Positions 10,280 to 22,615 of a stretch of DNA of 64,000 nt are shown here, piece by piece. The DNA lies in the NCBI RefSeq assembly GCF_963921235.1, contig NC_086097.1, forward strand, positions 177,632,001 through 177,696,000, written 5' to 3'. Below the pieces are notes generated by a model. It was given only the letters and a program-made list of their open reading frames with translations. It did not search any database and was not told the DNA's origin. Within the stretch, counting starts at the first letter, position 1. Each line of letters starts with the position of its first letter. The stretch is from Mobula hypostoma (taxonomy: Eukaryota). The translations under genes and the position numbers were made by a program.

Positions 10280-12190
10280 GCGACTGAGTTTTTTGATGAG
10301 GTGATTGAGCCTTGATTGAGTTTTACTAACCACTGAGCTTTTTTACGAGGTGATGATGTGATTGATGAAGGTAGAGCTGTGGATGTTATCTACATCGATT
10401 TTAGTAAGGCACTTGACAAGGTCCCTCATGAGAGGATCTTCCAGAAGATTAAGATGCATGGGATCCATGGTGAATTGGCCATTTGGATTCAGAACTGGCT
10501 TGCCCATAAAAGACAGAGGGTAGTAATCAAAGGGACTTATTCTAGTTAGAGGTCTGTGATTACTCATGTTCCACAGGGATCAGTACTGGGATGTCTGCTC
10601 TTTGTGATGTATGTAAATTACTTGGTTGAATATGTGGATTGGTTAGCATTTGCTCTCCATGGAGACTGGGGTGGGGGGCAGACGGTAGCAGGGTCGGCGG
10701 CATTCAGACATGGCGAGGCAGGCGCTCTTCAAGGAAGGACTGAGGCCACTCTCCTTGATGCTGATGGGAGGATGCTTTTGAAATTCTGGGCCTTATGTGA
10801 TTATTGGAGTGTAGCTTATATTGGTCTCCTTCAGTTTTCTGTGTTTTCTTTCTTGTTGCTGATTAGCGGGTGGGCAATATATTACTTTGTGTGCAGAGGA
10901 GTGGGGGTGTTGGGAATTTGGGATTTGATGTTCTTGGTGTTTCTCTGTGTAGCTGATCTGTTTTTATGTGGGGGGGGTTGGGTGTCTGATGCTATTGTCG
11001 CTGTTCTTTTTTGCGAGGGTGGAAGTTGGGGCTTTAATATTGTTGTCACTGTATTTTTGGCAAAGGGGGGGGGGTTGGGGGTTTTGATGTTCTAGCTGTT
11101 GTTTTCCAGGTGAGTGATCTGTTAGCTTTTTGTGCGAGGGAGGGGATGAGGGGTTCAGAGTTTGCAAGTTTTGTTTCTTTATCTTCATGTGGGTGGGTTA
11201 ATGTCTGTATTTCATGGTTATCTGGAGAAGACAAATATCAGAGATCTATTGTACATGCATACTTTGACAATAAGGTAAACCTTTAAACCTTGAACCACCT
11301 TTGAAACTTTAGTAAGTTTGCAGACAATACCAAGATTGGTGGAGTTGTGGACAGTGTAGAAGTCCGGCAAAGAATACAATGGGATACAGATCAGTTGCAT
11401 GGGCAGAAGAGTGGCAGATGGAGTTTAATACAACCAAATGTGAAAAGTTGCACCTTGGTAGGTTAAAGATAAAGAGACAGTATATGAGCAGACTGATCTT
11501 GGAGGCCAAGTTCATAATTCCACAGTTTGATAGGGTGGTCGAGAAGGCACATGGCTTGCTAGCCTTTATTAGTTGAGGCAGTGAGTTCAAAAACAAGTAA
11601 GTTATGTTGCAGTGTTATAAAATTCTAGTTAGGTCACATATGGAGTCCTGCATACAGTTCTGGTTGCCTCATTGTAGGAAGGATGTTGAGGCTTTGGAGA
11701 GGCTGAAGAAGACATTTACCAGGATGTTGCCTGGATTGGAGGGCATGTGCTAGAACGAGAGGTTGGACAAACTTGGGTTGTTTTCTCTGGAGTAGTGAAG
11801 GGTAGTGATGAGAGCTGATAGAAGTTTATAAGATTATGAGAGGTATAGATACGTAGACAGACAGTATCTCTTTCCCAGTGTTGAAATGATTAATACCAGA
11901 GGACATGCGGTTAAGGTGAGAAGGGGTAATTTCAAAGAAAAGGGGAGGATAAATTTTTTTTACACTGCGATTGGTGGGTGCCCAGAAAGCATTGGCTGGG
12001 TTCGTGGTAGAGGCAGAAACATTAGGGACTTTAGAGATGTTTAGATAGGCATTTGAATGAGAGGAAAATGGAAGGATATGGACATTGTGTAGGCAGAAAA
12101 GATTAGTTTAGTTAGCCAATTGATTACTAATTTAATTAATTTGACACAGCATTGAAGGCCAAAGGGCTTGTTCCTGTGCTATATTCTAAT
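10280..12190 (+). mobile_element. CR1 RT/3' fragment interrupted by a family-X insertion (~10648-11308)
   Basis: DEGRAVDVIYIDFSKALDKVPH, VPQGSVLG; resumes at TTAGTAAGTTTGCAGACAAT (SKFADN), WAEEWQMEFNTTKC. Confidence 0.88.
10648..11308 (+). mobile_element. Family-X retroposon inserted in CR1
   Basis: G/T-rich body; 3' GGTTATCTGGAGAAGACAAAT..ACTTTGACAATAAGG and (CCTTTGAA)-like tail; CR1 host rejoins across TTAG. Confidence 0.7.
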
Positions 12191-12939
12191 ATCCTCCCTT
12201 CTAACAATATTTGGATTCTCAGAGAGATTTGTTCATCCCTCCACTCCCCAGGACCTTCCCCTATAAGTGAACATTACACTGTTCCTACATCTCCTCCCTC
12301 TCTCAGAATCCAGAACAGCCTTCCCAAGTGATGCTGCCATTCAGATGCAAATCCACCCTGGTCTTAGTTATTGCATCTGGTGCTACCGATGTAGGCTCTT
12401 CCCACATTGGTGGCCTCAGAGGGCAGAAGTGAATGTAGTTGCAATTATTAAGCAGATGGTGAAAGGTCTGAAGGTAGAAAGGTCACCTGGCCCAGGTGAA
12501 CTACACCTCACAGTTCCAAAAGAGAGAGCAGAAGAGATTGTGAAGGCATTAGTAGTGATCTTTCAAGAGCTACCAGATCTGGAATGGTTCCAGAGGAGAT
12601 GTAACCAGCCTGTATACTAGGTGGATCACAGCAGTCTGATTATATTACAGGTATTTTGAACTTAAAGAAAGCTGTCAATGGACTGACTGTAAGATTAGAA
12701 GACACTGTGAGATAGTCAGCCACTTCAAACTAGACTGCTGAATAGTTTTGTTCACTAATGTAATATGAGCTGCCAGAGCTCAGGGATAGTCCAGGGCCTA
12801 ACCCAGGAGAATAATCATAAAGGCACAAATATGGTCACTTTCCCATCTTGTTCTCTGGATACAGTGTGGTTGGGAAGGAGGAAGGGTCTTGAGTGAGGTT
12901 TTATAGACACAGTTGGAAATGATAACAGATGCAGAGGAA

Positions 12940-13280
12940 CACTCACACACACACAAAACACAGTTCCATGTGCACACACTCTCTCACACACACACAAAAC
13001 ACAGCTGCATGTGCATACACACACACACACACAGAGTTACATGCGCACACACACTCTGTCATACAAATACTCATGCACACACGTAAACACAAACACAATA
13101 TTCACACAAATGCAAAACACACTCATGCACACTCATAAAAACATACTTGCAATCACACACACACATTCAAAAATATACACACACTCATATCCTGCACACG
13201 CAGTCTAACACACTCTATCACAAATACACATACACTCACACTTGTGCACATTCACAAACACACACAGCATACATAGATAT
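12940..13280. repeat. Degenerate (CA)n microsatellite
   Basis: CA-rich low-complexity tract. Confidence 0.9.
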
Positions 13281-13789
13281 CATTGGCCCTGCTGATAGTG
13301 GGATCTTGAGATATACAAGTTAGATGCTGTAAAAGTCCGTGGAGCTGAAACCCTTGGGGTGGGGGTGCTGAAGAGGTGTAATCCAGCTTATAAAATACTG
13401 AACAAGGTGAACAGGCAGAATCTAATTGATCTAATTGCCCTCAGCACAGAAGGCAGTGATCAGGTACTCAGGTTGAAGCATTCAAGGAGAATTGTGCAAA
13501 TATTTTTCACACAATTTAGCAGTGGGGGCTAGAGCTCACTACCTGAGAGGAGGGGTGGAGGGAGAATACCCCACATTTAAACACCACCTGGTTGATTCTT
13601 ATTCATAGAGTAATACAGTGGGGAAACACGCCCTTCAGCCCAAATGGTTCAGACATCCCAAGAAGTCCATCTCAGGTAGTCCCATTTACTCACATTTGGA
13701 CCATATACATCTATCTTTCCAATCGATCTTTTACTGTAAATTTTGCATAGGGATCCATACTGGGATCTCTGATGTTTGTGATATACAAC

Positions 13790-14550
13790 ATATAAGCAAC
13801 CTGGATGCAAATATGAATGGGTGTTAGTATATTCACAAATGATACAAAGATTACTGGTGTTGTGGATAGGGTAGAAGGTTACCAAAAGATATAGCAATAT
13901 AGATCAGTTGCAGATATGGGGAGAGAAATGGCAAATGGAGTTTAACTTAGCCTAGTGTGAGGTCTTGCAATTTGGGAGATCAGATATACAGTATAGAGAA
14001 AATACACAGGATGCTTAACAGCATTGATAAACAAAGGAATCTCGGGGTCTGAGTCATAGCTCCTTGAAAGTAGCTATACAATTTTATAGGGTAGTAAAGA
14101 AGGCATATGGCAAGCCTGCCTTTGTTAGTCAAAGCATTGTTCAAGACTCTGGAATTTATGTTGCATCTTTATAAAGCTCTGGTTATGCTGCATCTGGATT
14201 CAGATCTCATCACTCCTATTATATGAAGGATGTGGAGGTTTTGGAAAGGGTACAGAGAGGTTCAGCAGGATACTCCCTGGATTAGACAGCATTTGCTATG
14301 AGGAGAGTTTGGACAAACTTGCAGAGAAAATGATAAGTGCCTAGAATTCACTGCCAGGGGTGGTAACGGAGGCAAATATGACAGAGGTGTTTAAGAGGGT
14401 CTGAGGCAGATGAATACAGTATGCAGAGAATGGAGGGATATGCAGGTAAAAGGGATTACTTTAGTAGGCTTTTGATTACTAGCTTAATTAGTTCAATACA
14501 ATACCGTGGGCCAAAGAACCTGTTCTTTTGTTGTACAGTTCTGTGTTCTA
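13790..14550 (+). mobile_element. Decayed CR1 3' fragment
   Basis: WGEKWQMEFN, RVVKKAYG, KDVEVLERVQR remnants and CR1-type tail. Confidence 0.8.
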
Positions 14551-15344
14551 AATGTACCTGCCCCAACCATTTGCACTGACAGCTCATTCAATGTACAGAC
14601 CCTCTGCATGAAGAAATTCAAGCTCCATGACCTGCAAGCTTTTGACTAAGCAGGGAACTGGGATTAGCTTAAAGGCTGGCCTGGACACAATCATCTGCAT
14701 GGTCTCTCTCTGTGTAATACATTTCTATAATTCTACAAACTGTATATTTTGACAGGACTAAGCAGCTTGGGTGTGTTTATCCTTTTGAAGTGAGTTTTAT
14801 TTAAGTAGCTTAATGCAAGGAAATGAGAAAATTGTCGAAATACTTCCCCTCACCTTTGCTATTGGGTTTATATTTAAATCACTTTGCTAAGGCTGCTTTC
14901 TCATCTTTTGATACTGGAGTATTTAGGATTTCAAACAGAATTAATTCTAGCATCAAAGGGAACCATTGTGTCCTTCCAGTCACTCACAGGGATCTGTATG
15001 TGACTCAAACACATTCAATCTGAGCAACAGATTCATAACCTCTGCAAGTGACCTCAGCCTGGCTGTTAAGCAACGGGAAATGTAAAGACTCCTGACTGTC
15101 TGCAAGTTTGACTTCAGCAGCTCATTGGAAAGCTTCCCCCACAGCCCCAAATCAGGGTACTGTAGGTTAAGCCCAACTTCAAGATATTACAGAGAATTGT
15201 GAACACTGCCCAGTCCGTCATACAAACTAAGCTTCCCACCACTGACTCCATCTACACATCCTGTTACCTCAGGAAAGCAGCCAAAATAATCAAAGACTGC
15301 TCCCACCCCAGTCGTTCTCTCTCCTCCCCCTTCCGAAAGACCAC

Positions 15345-15720
15345 AAGAGCATAAGAATAGGAGCAGAATTAGGAGACTCAGTCTGTCGAGTGTGCTCTGG
15401 CATTCGATCACGGCTAATTTACATTCCCTCTCAACCCCATTACCCTGCCTTCTCCCTCGTCTTCTCCTCTGTAATCTTTGATGCCCTTATTATTTAAGAA
15501 TTTATCAACCTCCCCTTTAAATAAACCCTATGACTTGACCTCCACAACCATCTGTGGCAATGTTTTCCACAGATTCACCACATTCTGGCTTAAGAAAATC
15601 CTCCTCATCTCTGATCAAAGGAGACAACCTTGTACTCTGAGGTTCCGCCCCCTGATCCTAGACTATCTCACTATTGGAAACATCCTCTCAACCACCACTC
15701 TACCTAGGCTTTCAATGAGG
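15345..15720 (-). mobile_element. CR1 3' fragment
   Basis: ATAGGAGCAGAATTAGG..TTCCACAGATTCACCACATTCTGG, homologous to 6669-6960. Confidence 0.8.
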
Positions 15721-15724
15721 CCCT

Positions 15725-16695
15725 CCATTGGCTGAGGTCAAACATGGATAGCCATCTACATGATAGGCAATTGAGTATGTAAGCCAGGACAGTACGATGT
15801 GGAGAGCAAGCTGTTCCCCACGCAGCAGGCTCTCCCTCTCCACACAGCTGATGAATCCCAAGGGAATGGCAGAGACTGATACGGCTCGGCAGCAGTGGTG
15901 CTGTGGGAGTTGCCAGGCAGCATTGAACTCAACGCTGGACTAACTTAGGGACTCCAGCTCCAGGTTTTCATTGGGGTTTAATCCGAATCCTTCCTCAGGA
16001 GTGGGTATAGCCACAAGGCAGCAGATGTTTGAGATAAGAGTTTTCCTTCTCCTAGGTCAGCTACCAACCACAGCTGACAGGCCCCATCTGCCCAAAGCCA
16101 TTGGTTTTAAGGTGCAAGTAACCCACCTTTCCTCTAAGGTTTGGAGGCTTGAGTGCCTCATGACCCAGAGAGCTATGTTGGCTGAAGTCAGGGCTTTATG
16201 CTTTGGCTCTTGGTAGGGTCACCCATGCCAAATGGGTCAAAGGGTAGAGGTCAGAGTAAGAGTGGTCTTCCATGTTTGGGTGTTCAGCTCAGGGCTAACA
16301 AACCTGACTGGTAAAACAAAATTGTTACAGAAACAGCAATGAAGAATCCTTCTATATCTGAGTGAGATGATAAACCTGAGTCTTTACCCAGGACTTGCAT
16401 GACTGACAGTAGAGAAACCGAGAGGAAGCTACTGACATGATGAAGTAAGTCCTCATTGCTGTCCGACATACCAGCAGTGAATTGGGCAGTAAGTAAGTAA
16501 GTAGCCCGCCTTTGCCCCTCCTCATGTCAGTAGAAATGGTTCCACCAGGCTTAGTAACTAAGCCACACGTGAACACCAGGAGCTAGACTTGGTTGTCAGA
16601 GCCTATTTGGGGCTCACACCATTGGGAGAATTTAATAGGTAGTGGGAGTTTATCCCCACTACCTCCACCGGCTATGAAAACCTTAAGGAACCCGG
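15725..16695 (-). mobile_element. RTE-type non-autonomous element (host), split by a second RTE-type element
   Basis: Minus strand TAGGAGAAGGAAAACTCTTATCTCAAAC resembles RTE 5'UTRs; no ORF; halves rejoin at the duplicated AGTA(A/G)CCC(A/G)CCTTT. Confidence 0.6.
16131..16499 (+). mobile_element. Bipartite RTE-derived element (5'UTR + (AAGT)n tail) with a 14-bp TSD
   Basis: GGAGGCTTGAGTGCCTCATGACCCAGAGAGCTATG..GGTAGGGTCACCCATGCC resembles BovB/Expander 5'UTRs; tail AGTAAGTAAGTAAGT; TSD AGTAACCCACCTTT (16117-16130) / AGTAGCCCGCCTTT (16500-16513). Confidence 0.75.
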
Positions 16696-17676
16696 CCTTT
16701 CAAAATTTAGTAGGTTCCAATAAGACCCTCTTCGTTCTTCCCGACAGCTGGAAGATACAGAAGCCTGAGAGTAGATACCACCAGGTTCAAGGACAGCCTC
16801 TATTCCTGTTATCAGACCTTGGAACAGGTGTTAGTTAGAAACTACTTGGAGCAATTTTGCACCCCATATCCAAGGAAGGGTTTGCTCAATGGGCTGAACA
16901 GCCTAATTCTCTTCCTATTTCTTATGGTGGTTATGGACTTCTCATTTGCTAAAGAAGAATCCTTGATCTTCCAATCTCCCTTGTTGTACTCTATTTGAGG
17001 AACTAGGTGGATGTTGAGCAGATGATTTCCCTAGTATGTGTATCTAGAACTAGGGACATATTTTCAGGAAAAAGATCGGCCATTTAATGTACAGATGAGG
17101 AGGAACTTCTTCTCTCAGAGACTTGAGAGTCATTAGAAATATCTCAACAGAAATGTGGAGATGAAGTTATTGTATATATCCAAGGTTGTAATAGATTTTT
17201 GTTATATTTATTCATTTTTTTGTGATGTATGTGTCATTGGTAAGTTGGCATTAGTTGCATGCTCTTAATTGCCTTTTGGGATGGTGGGGTTGAGCTGATG
17301 TGGTCCTTCCAGTTAACGTGCTCCATGATGTTGTCAAGAAGGGAGCTCCATGATGTAGATGTAGTGACAATGAAGGATGGCAATTTACTTCCAAGTTATT
17401 TAGGGTGGTAAAGCGGTGTGGCTCAAGGACATCTTTTACCTTGACTGAATAGTTCCCTAGTACAATATAATGGATTCTTGACCTCACAATCTATCTCGTT
17501 ATGGCCTTGCACCTTATTATCTACCTGCACTGCACTTTCTCTGTAACCATAACACTATATTTGGCATTCTGTTACTGTATTAGTTTGTACTACCACACAC
17601 CAGGGATTCATTCAGTGAGCCTGTTCTTCTCAGACCTTCTCATAGGTACAGCGAGCAGTGAATCTCAATCTCTCAA

Positions 17677-17710
<34 letters not shown>

Positions 17711-17999
17711 CACACACAGTCCCACCCTGCTCAATGACTTTAATTGCAGTTACTAGTCATCTGGGTCATCTGCCTCTGTGTGAGAGAAGCAAACACTGAA
17801 AAAGGAATTGGTTTAGCTGGTTAATCAAACACAGCAATCAAAAATGATATATCCCAGGGATATATATTTCCTGATGTTGTGACATTGCACATGCATTTTC
17901 ATCTTGCTGGGTGTCTGGGCATCATTATTCATTAATCCCAATTCTCAGATTTATACCCAAGCCAAATTCTTCAAATTTCAAAGGGTTTACCTTTTTATA

Positions 18000-20900
18000 G
18001 TGCAAAATCAAGTCTGCTAAAGAGTCAGAAGTCTGGAGATGGAGCTGGAAGAACTCCAGATCATTGGGCAGTCTGAGGCATTGACATGAAATACCGGGAG
18101 GTAGTTACACCCAAGTTACAGGGTGACGATCAGGAGTGGGAAAGGTGATAAGCAGCTATAAAAGGAACCCTGTGCTGTTTCCCCTCAATAACAAGTATAC
18201 CATTTTGGGTACTGTTGGGGTAGGTACGGGGACGGGGGGAATGATGTAATTAGAGGAAAGCCACAACAGTGTCTGGCACTGATAAGGGATTCCATAGTTA
18301 CAGAATCAGACAGGAGATTTTGTGGAAGTGACAGTCTTCCAGATGGGTGTGTTGCCTCTTGGGTGCCAGGGTGAGAGTTGCTTCAGATTGGTACACAACA
18401 TTCTTACGGGTGGATTGCCAGAAGTCATGGGACATACTGGTACCAATGGTGTAGCTGGGAAAAAGATGAGGACCTGGAGAGAATATAGGGAGCTAGGTAG
18501 GGAGCTGAAAAGCATGATATCAGGGGTGATAATCTCTGGACTGCTGCCTGTGCCATTCACCAGTGAGAATAACAGGATAATTTGGCAGATTGATGTGTGG
18601 CACAGAGGGCAGGGTTTCAGATTTCTGGATCATTGGGATCTTTTCTGTATAAGGAACAACCAGTACATAAGGGTGTGTTACACCTGAACTTGAGAGAGAC
18701 TAACATCCTTGCAGGCAAGCTTGCTAGAGCTCTTGAGGAAGGTTTAAAATTCAGTGATTTGGCAGGGGGATGAAGCAGAGTAATGGGTCAGAGGATGGGA
18801 GGGACATTTGGTATCAAGGTACAGGCAGTGTGCAGAGGCATGATGGGGAAGCATAGGCAATGGATAGAGCACAGTTGCAGTCAGTTGGATTGGTTGAAAT
18901 GTGTCTCTTTTAATTGTATCAGGAACAAGGGTGATGAACTTAGGGCATGGGTCAATACATAGAGATATGACATTGTGGCCTTTACAGAGACTTGGCTGTC
19001 ACAAGGGCAGGAATGCTGCTGGATGTTCCAGGGTTTAAATGTTTCAAAAGGGACAGAGAGGGAGCTTAAGGATGTGGGAGAATGGCATTGTTAACCAGGG
19101 ATAGTATCACAGCTGCGGTAAGAGAAGATTATTCTGAAGAGGTATCCTATGGATCAGTATGGGTGGAAGTAGAATACAGGAAGTGAGCAATTACTCCTTT
19201 GGGACTATACCATAGACACCTGCAACCCCCCTTCCCACAACAACAGAGACATGGACGTGCATATCAGGAGGCAGACTTTGGAAAGGTGCAAAAACAATAG
19301 GGTTGTTTTGACAGGTAACTTCAACTTCCATCATTTTGATTGGCATCTCCTTCATGCAAAAGGTTAAGACGGGAAAGAATTTGTTTGGAAGATGCCTGGC
19401 ACAGTATGCAGACAGGCCAACTAGTGGAGAGATCATAGTGTATCCGGTACAGGGCAATGAAGCTGGTCAGGAGACAGATCTTTTGGTGGGTGAGCATTTT
19501 AGAGAACCACAACTCCTTGATCTTTACAATAGCCTTGTGCAGGGATTGGAGCAGATGGTGTTTGAAAGTACTTAAGTGGAGAGGGTGCAACATGATGTTA
19601 TTAAGCAGGAACTTGGGTCTGTAAGTTGAGAGCAGATGTACTCAGAGAATTGTGGAGGTTGTTTAGGGAGTACTTGCATGGGGTTTTGAATAGGTTTGTC
19701 CCACAGAGGCAGGGAAAGGATGGTAGGGTTAAGGAACCATGATTGACAAGAAATCTGGAACATCTAGTCAAGATGAAGAAAGAAATATTCTTAAGGTTTA
19801 GAAAGCAAGGATTTAACAGGGCCCTTGAGAGGCATGAAGTTACTGGAAGTAGCTTAAGATTAGGCTGAGAAGAGCTAGAAAGGGTATGAGAAGGCCTTGG
19901 CGAGTAGAATTAAGGAAGACCCCGAGGCATTCTAAATTACATGAACAACAGGAGGATGATTGGAGTGACGGTAAGACCAATCAAGGATTAAACAGAAAAT
20001 TGTGCAGGGAGTCATAGGAGGTAGGGGAGATCCCTAATGAATATCACTGTTCACCAGTAAGAGGGATCTGATGAATGTGAGGTCAGCATAGAATAGGCTG
20101 ATATGCTGGAACATGTTGACTAGCATATCCTGCAAATTTTGAAAGCATTAAGATATGTAAATCCCCAGATGGGACATACCCCAGGGTACTATGGGAAGTG
20201 ACGGAAGAGTTTGCTGCTCCTTCAGTGATGATCCTTGCATCTTCACTGGTCACAGGAGCAGTGCCAGAGCATTGTACATTGGCAAATGTTACCCCTTGTC
20301 TCAAGAAAGGAAATGGGCATTACTCTGGGAGTCATAGACCAGTGAGTCTTACATCAGAGGTGAGCAAGCTATTAAAAAGGATTCTTAGAGACAGGATTTA
20401 TGATCATTTGGAGAAGCAAATTCTGACTCAGGATCATCAACACAGCTTTGTGAGGAGCAGGTCGTGCTGCATGAGCCTGATGGAATTCCCTGAAGAAGTG
20501 ACCAAACAAGTTGATGAAGGCAGAGCAGTGGAGGTTGTTTTTATAAACTTTAGTGAGGTACTTGACTAAATTTCCCATGAGAGGCTCATTCAGAAAGGCA
20601 GAAGGCATCGGATCCAGGGAAACTTGGCTATGTGGACTCAGAATCGGCTTGCCAAAAGAGGCAGAGGTTGGCTGTAGATTTACTGTATTCTGCCTGGAGG
20701 TTAGTGATTAGTGCTGTTCTTTGTGACCTTGCTGGTAACCTTGCTCCTTGTGACTTTTATAAATGACTTGGATGGGGAATTGAAAAGGTGAGTTAGCGAG
20801 TGTGTAGGTGACATAAAGGTTGCTGGTGTTGTGGATAGTGTAGGTTGTCATTGATTACAACGGGACATTATCTTAAAAGAGGTAGATGGAATTCAATCTG

Positions 20901-21600
20901 GAACATTGTGAAGTGATTTGCTTTGAAATGTTAAGCTTGAAGACAGAATACAACATTAATGTCAGGATTCTAACCAATGCAAAAGAATGGAAGGATCTTG
21001 AGATGCACATCCATAGATCTCTCAAAATTGCAGCACAAATTGATGGTGTGGTTAAGAAGGTGTATGATGTTTTGGTCTTTATTAGTCAAAAGATTGAGTT
21101 CAAGAACTGTGAGGACATGTTGCAGCTCTATAAAACCCTAATTAGATGACACATGGATTACATGTATTGTATTCATTTCTGGTCACCTCTATAGGAAAAA
21201 CGTGGAAGCTTTAGAGAGGGTGCAGAGGAGATTTACAGGGATGATGCCTGAATTAGTGAGCATGTTTTATGAGGATAGGTTGAGCAAGCTAGGGCTTTCC
21301 TCTTTGGAGCGAAGGACGATGAGATGACTTGACAGAGGTGTACAGGATGATTGAGTGGAAATCCAGTGCCTTTTTCCTGGGGCAGAAATTGTTAATACAA
21401 GTGGGCATAACTTTAAGCTGTTCGGAGGAAAGTATGGGGGGGTGTCAGAGGCAGGTTTTTAAAAACAGAATGTGGTGGGTGTATGGAATGTGCTCTCAGT
21501 GGTAGTGGTAGAAGCAGATATATTAGGGATATTTAGGAGATGGATGGTATGGACCAGTTAAGTTGAAAGGCCTATTTCTGAACTCTATGACTCTATGACT
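18000..21600 (+). mobile_element. Near full-length decayed CR1 LINE: ORF1 (SGNH esterase type), ORF2 endonuclease + RT, 3' tail
   Basis: ORF1 PEVMGHTGTN..VIISGLLPVP..GFRFLDHWDLF (18322-18687); EN remnants YDIVAFTETWL (~18965); RT ANVTPCLKKG..HRPVSLTSEVSKLL..QHSFVRSRSC (20198-20569); tail CTCTATGACTCTATGACT at 21583-21600. Confidence 0.9.
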
Positions 21601-22059
21601 TTAGTGGATACACCTTAACATCTCCCTTGTCATGTCCCCTAGAGATCTTATATGGCTCAACAAGATGTTCTCCCTTTCTTCTAAACTAGGGATACAGATC
21701 TAATTTTTTTTAGCCATGTGATAGGACAACCTTCTCACCCCAGGAATTAGCCGAATGAATCTCTTTTGGACTGCCTCCAATGCCAATAAATCCCTTCTTA
21801 AATTAGATTATTGCATGGTGCTCCAGGTATGGCCTCACTGATACTCTCCACAATTGTAACAATACTTCTCTATTTCTAAACTCCAAAGACCCCATCTCCC
21901 CCAGAGGATCCTACCACACTCCACAAGCCACCTATCTCTGTTCTATCATCATCATGACTTTCTCACTCTGGGACCTTAACGAGCCTCTGACGTCCAACCA
22001 CCTTTACCAATAAATTCCTGGGTATGTAATGGAAGGTAACAAGAAATCCTTCAATAGTT

Positions 22060-22615
22060 CAATTTAATGTCAGGTAATGTTTACAGTATACAATCTAAAA
22101 TCCTTATTCTTCACGGACATCCACAAAACAGTGCGGAAAAAAGTCCCAAAGAATGAATGACAGAAAAATGTTAGAACCCTGAAGTCCCCTCTCCACCCCC
22201 CCCCGCACACAATCTGCGGCAAAAGCATCAACCTTCCCCTTCCTCTGCCCCCAGCCCCCAAGCAATAGCAAGCCCTCAGAGACCATAATCTATAGACCAT
22301 CAAAAACTACACTTCAGTCAGCACAATTGGCAAGGAATCGAGTGGTCCCCAGGGCGCACAGTGCTAAACCCCAAAGGTCTTGGAGATCCCGAAACGAAGG
22401 CCGCTTGGCGAATTCCAAACAGCAGAAACTCATCGTCCATGAAGATCATAGTTTGAGCACAGCTGTAGATCATGGATTCTGACAGGGCCACAGCACTTTG
22501 AAAAGGAAAAAAAGACCTGAGAACCGAAGATTTAAAACTGTTAAACTGTTTTGCGGATGAACTCAAAGACGTCGCCCAGGTCCGCAAAAAGCCCTGGTGC
22601 CATCTCCCAGACCTA
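22060..22615 (-). mobile_element. Family-X-like retroposon
   Basis: Minus strand begins GGAGATGGCACC, ends ..GTGAAGAATAAGGATTTTAGATTGTATACTGTAAACATT..ATTAAATTGAACTATTGAA. Confidence 0.55.

Noticed and set aside
10556..11095. 179-aa hydrophobic membrane-like ORF
   Set aside because: Chimera of CR1 RT (VPQGSVLG) and the G/T-rich family-X body.
16200..16330. Twister ribozyme in the RTE-like 5'UTR
   Set aside because: The UAAC..GGUCCCAAGCCC..GAGGG pattern known from some RTEs could not be found.
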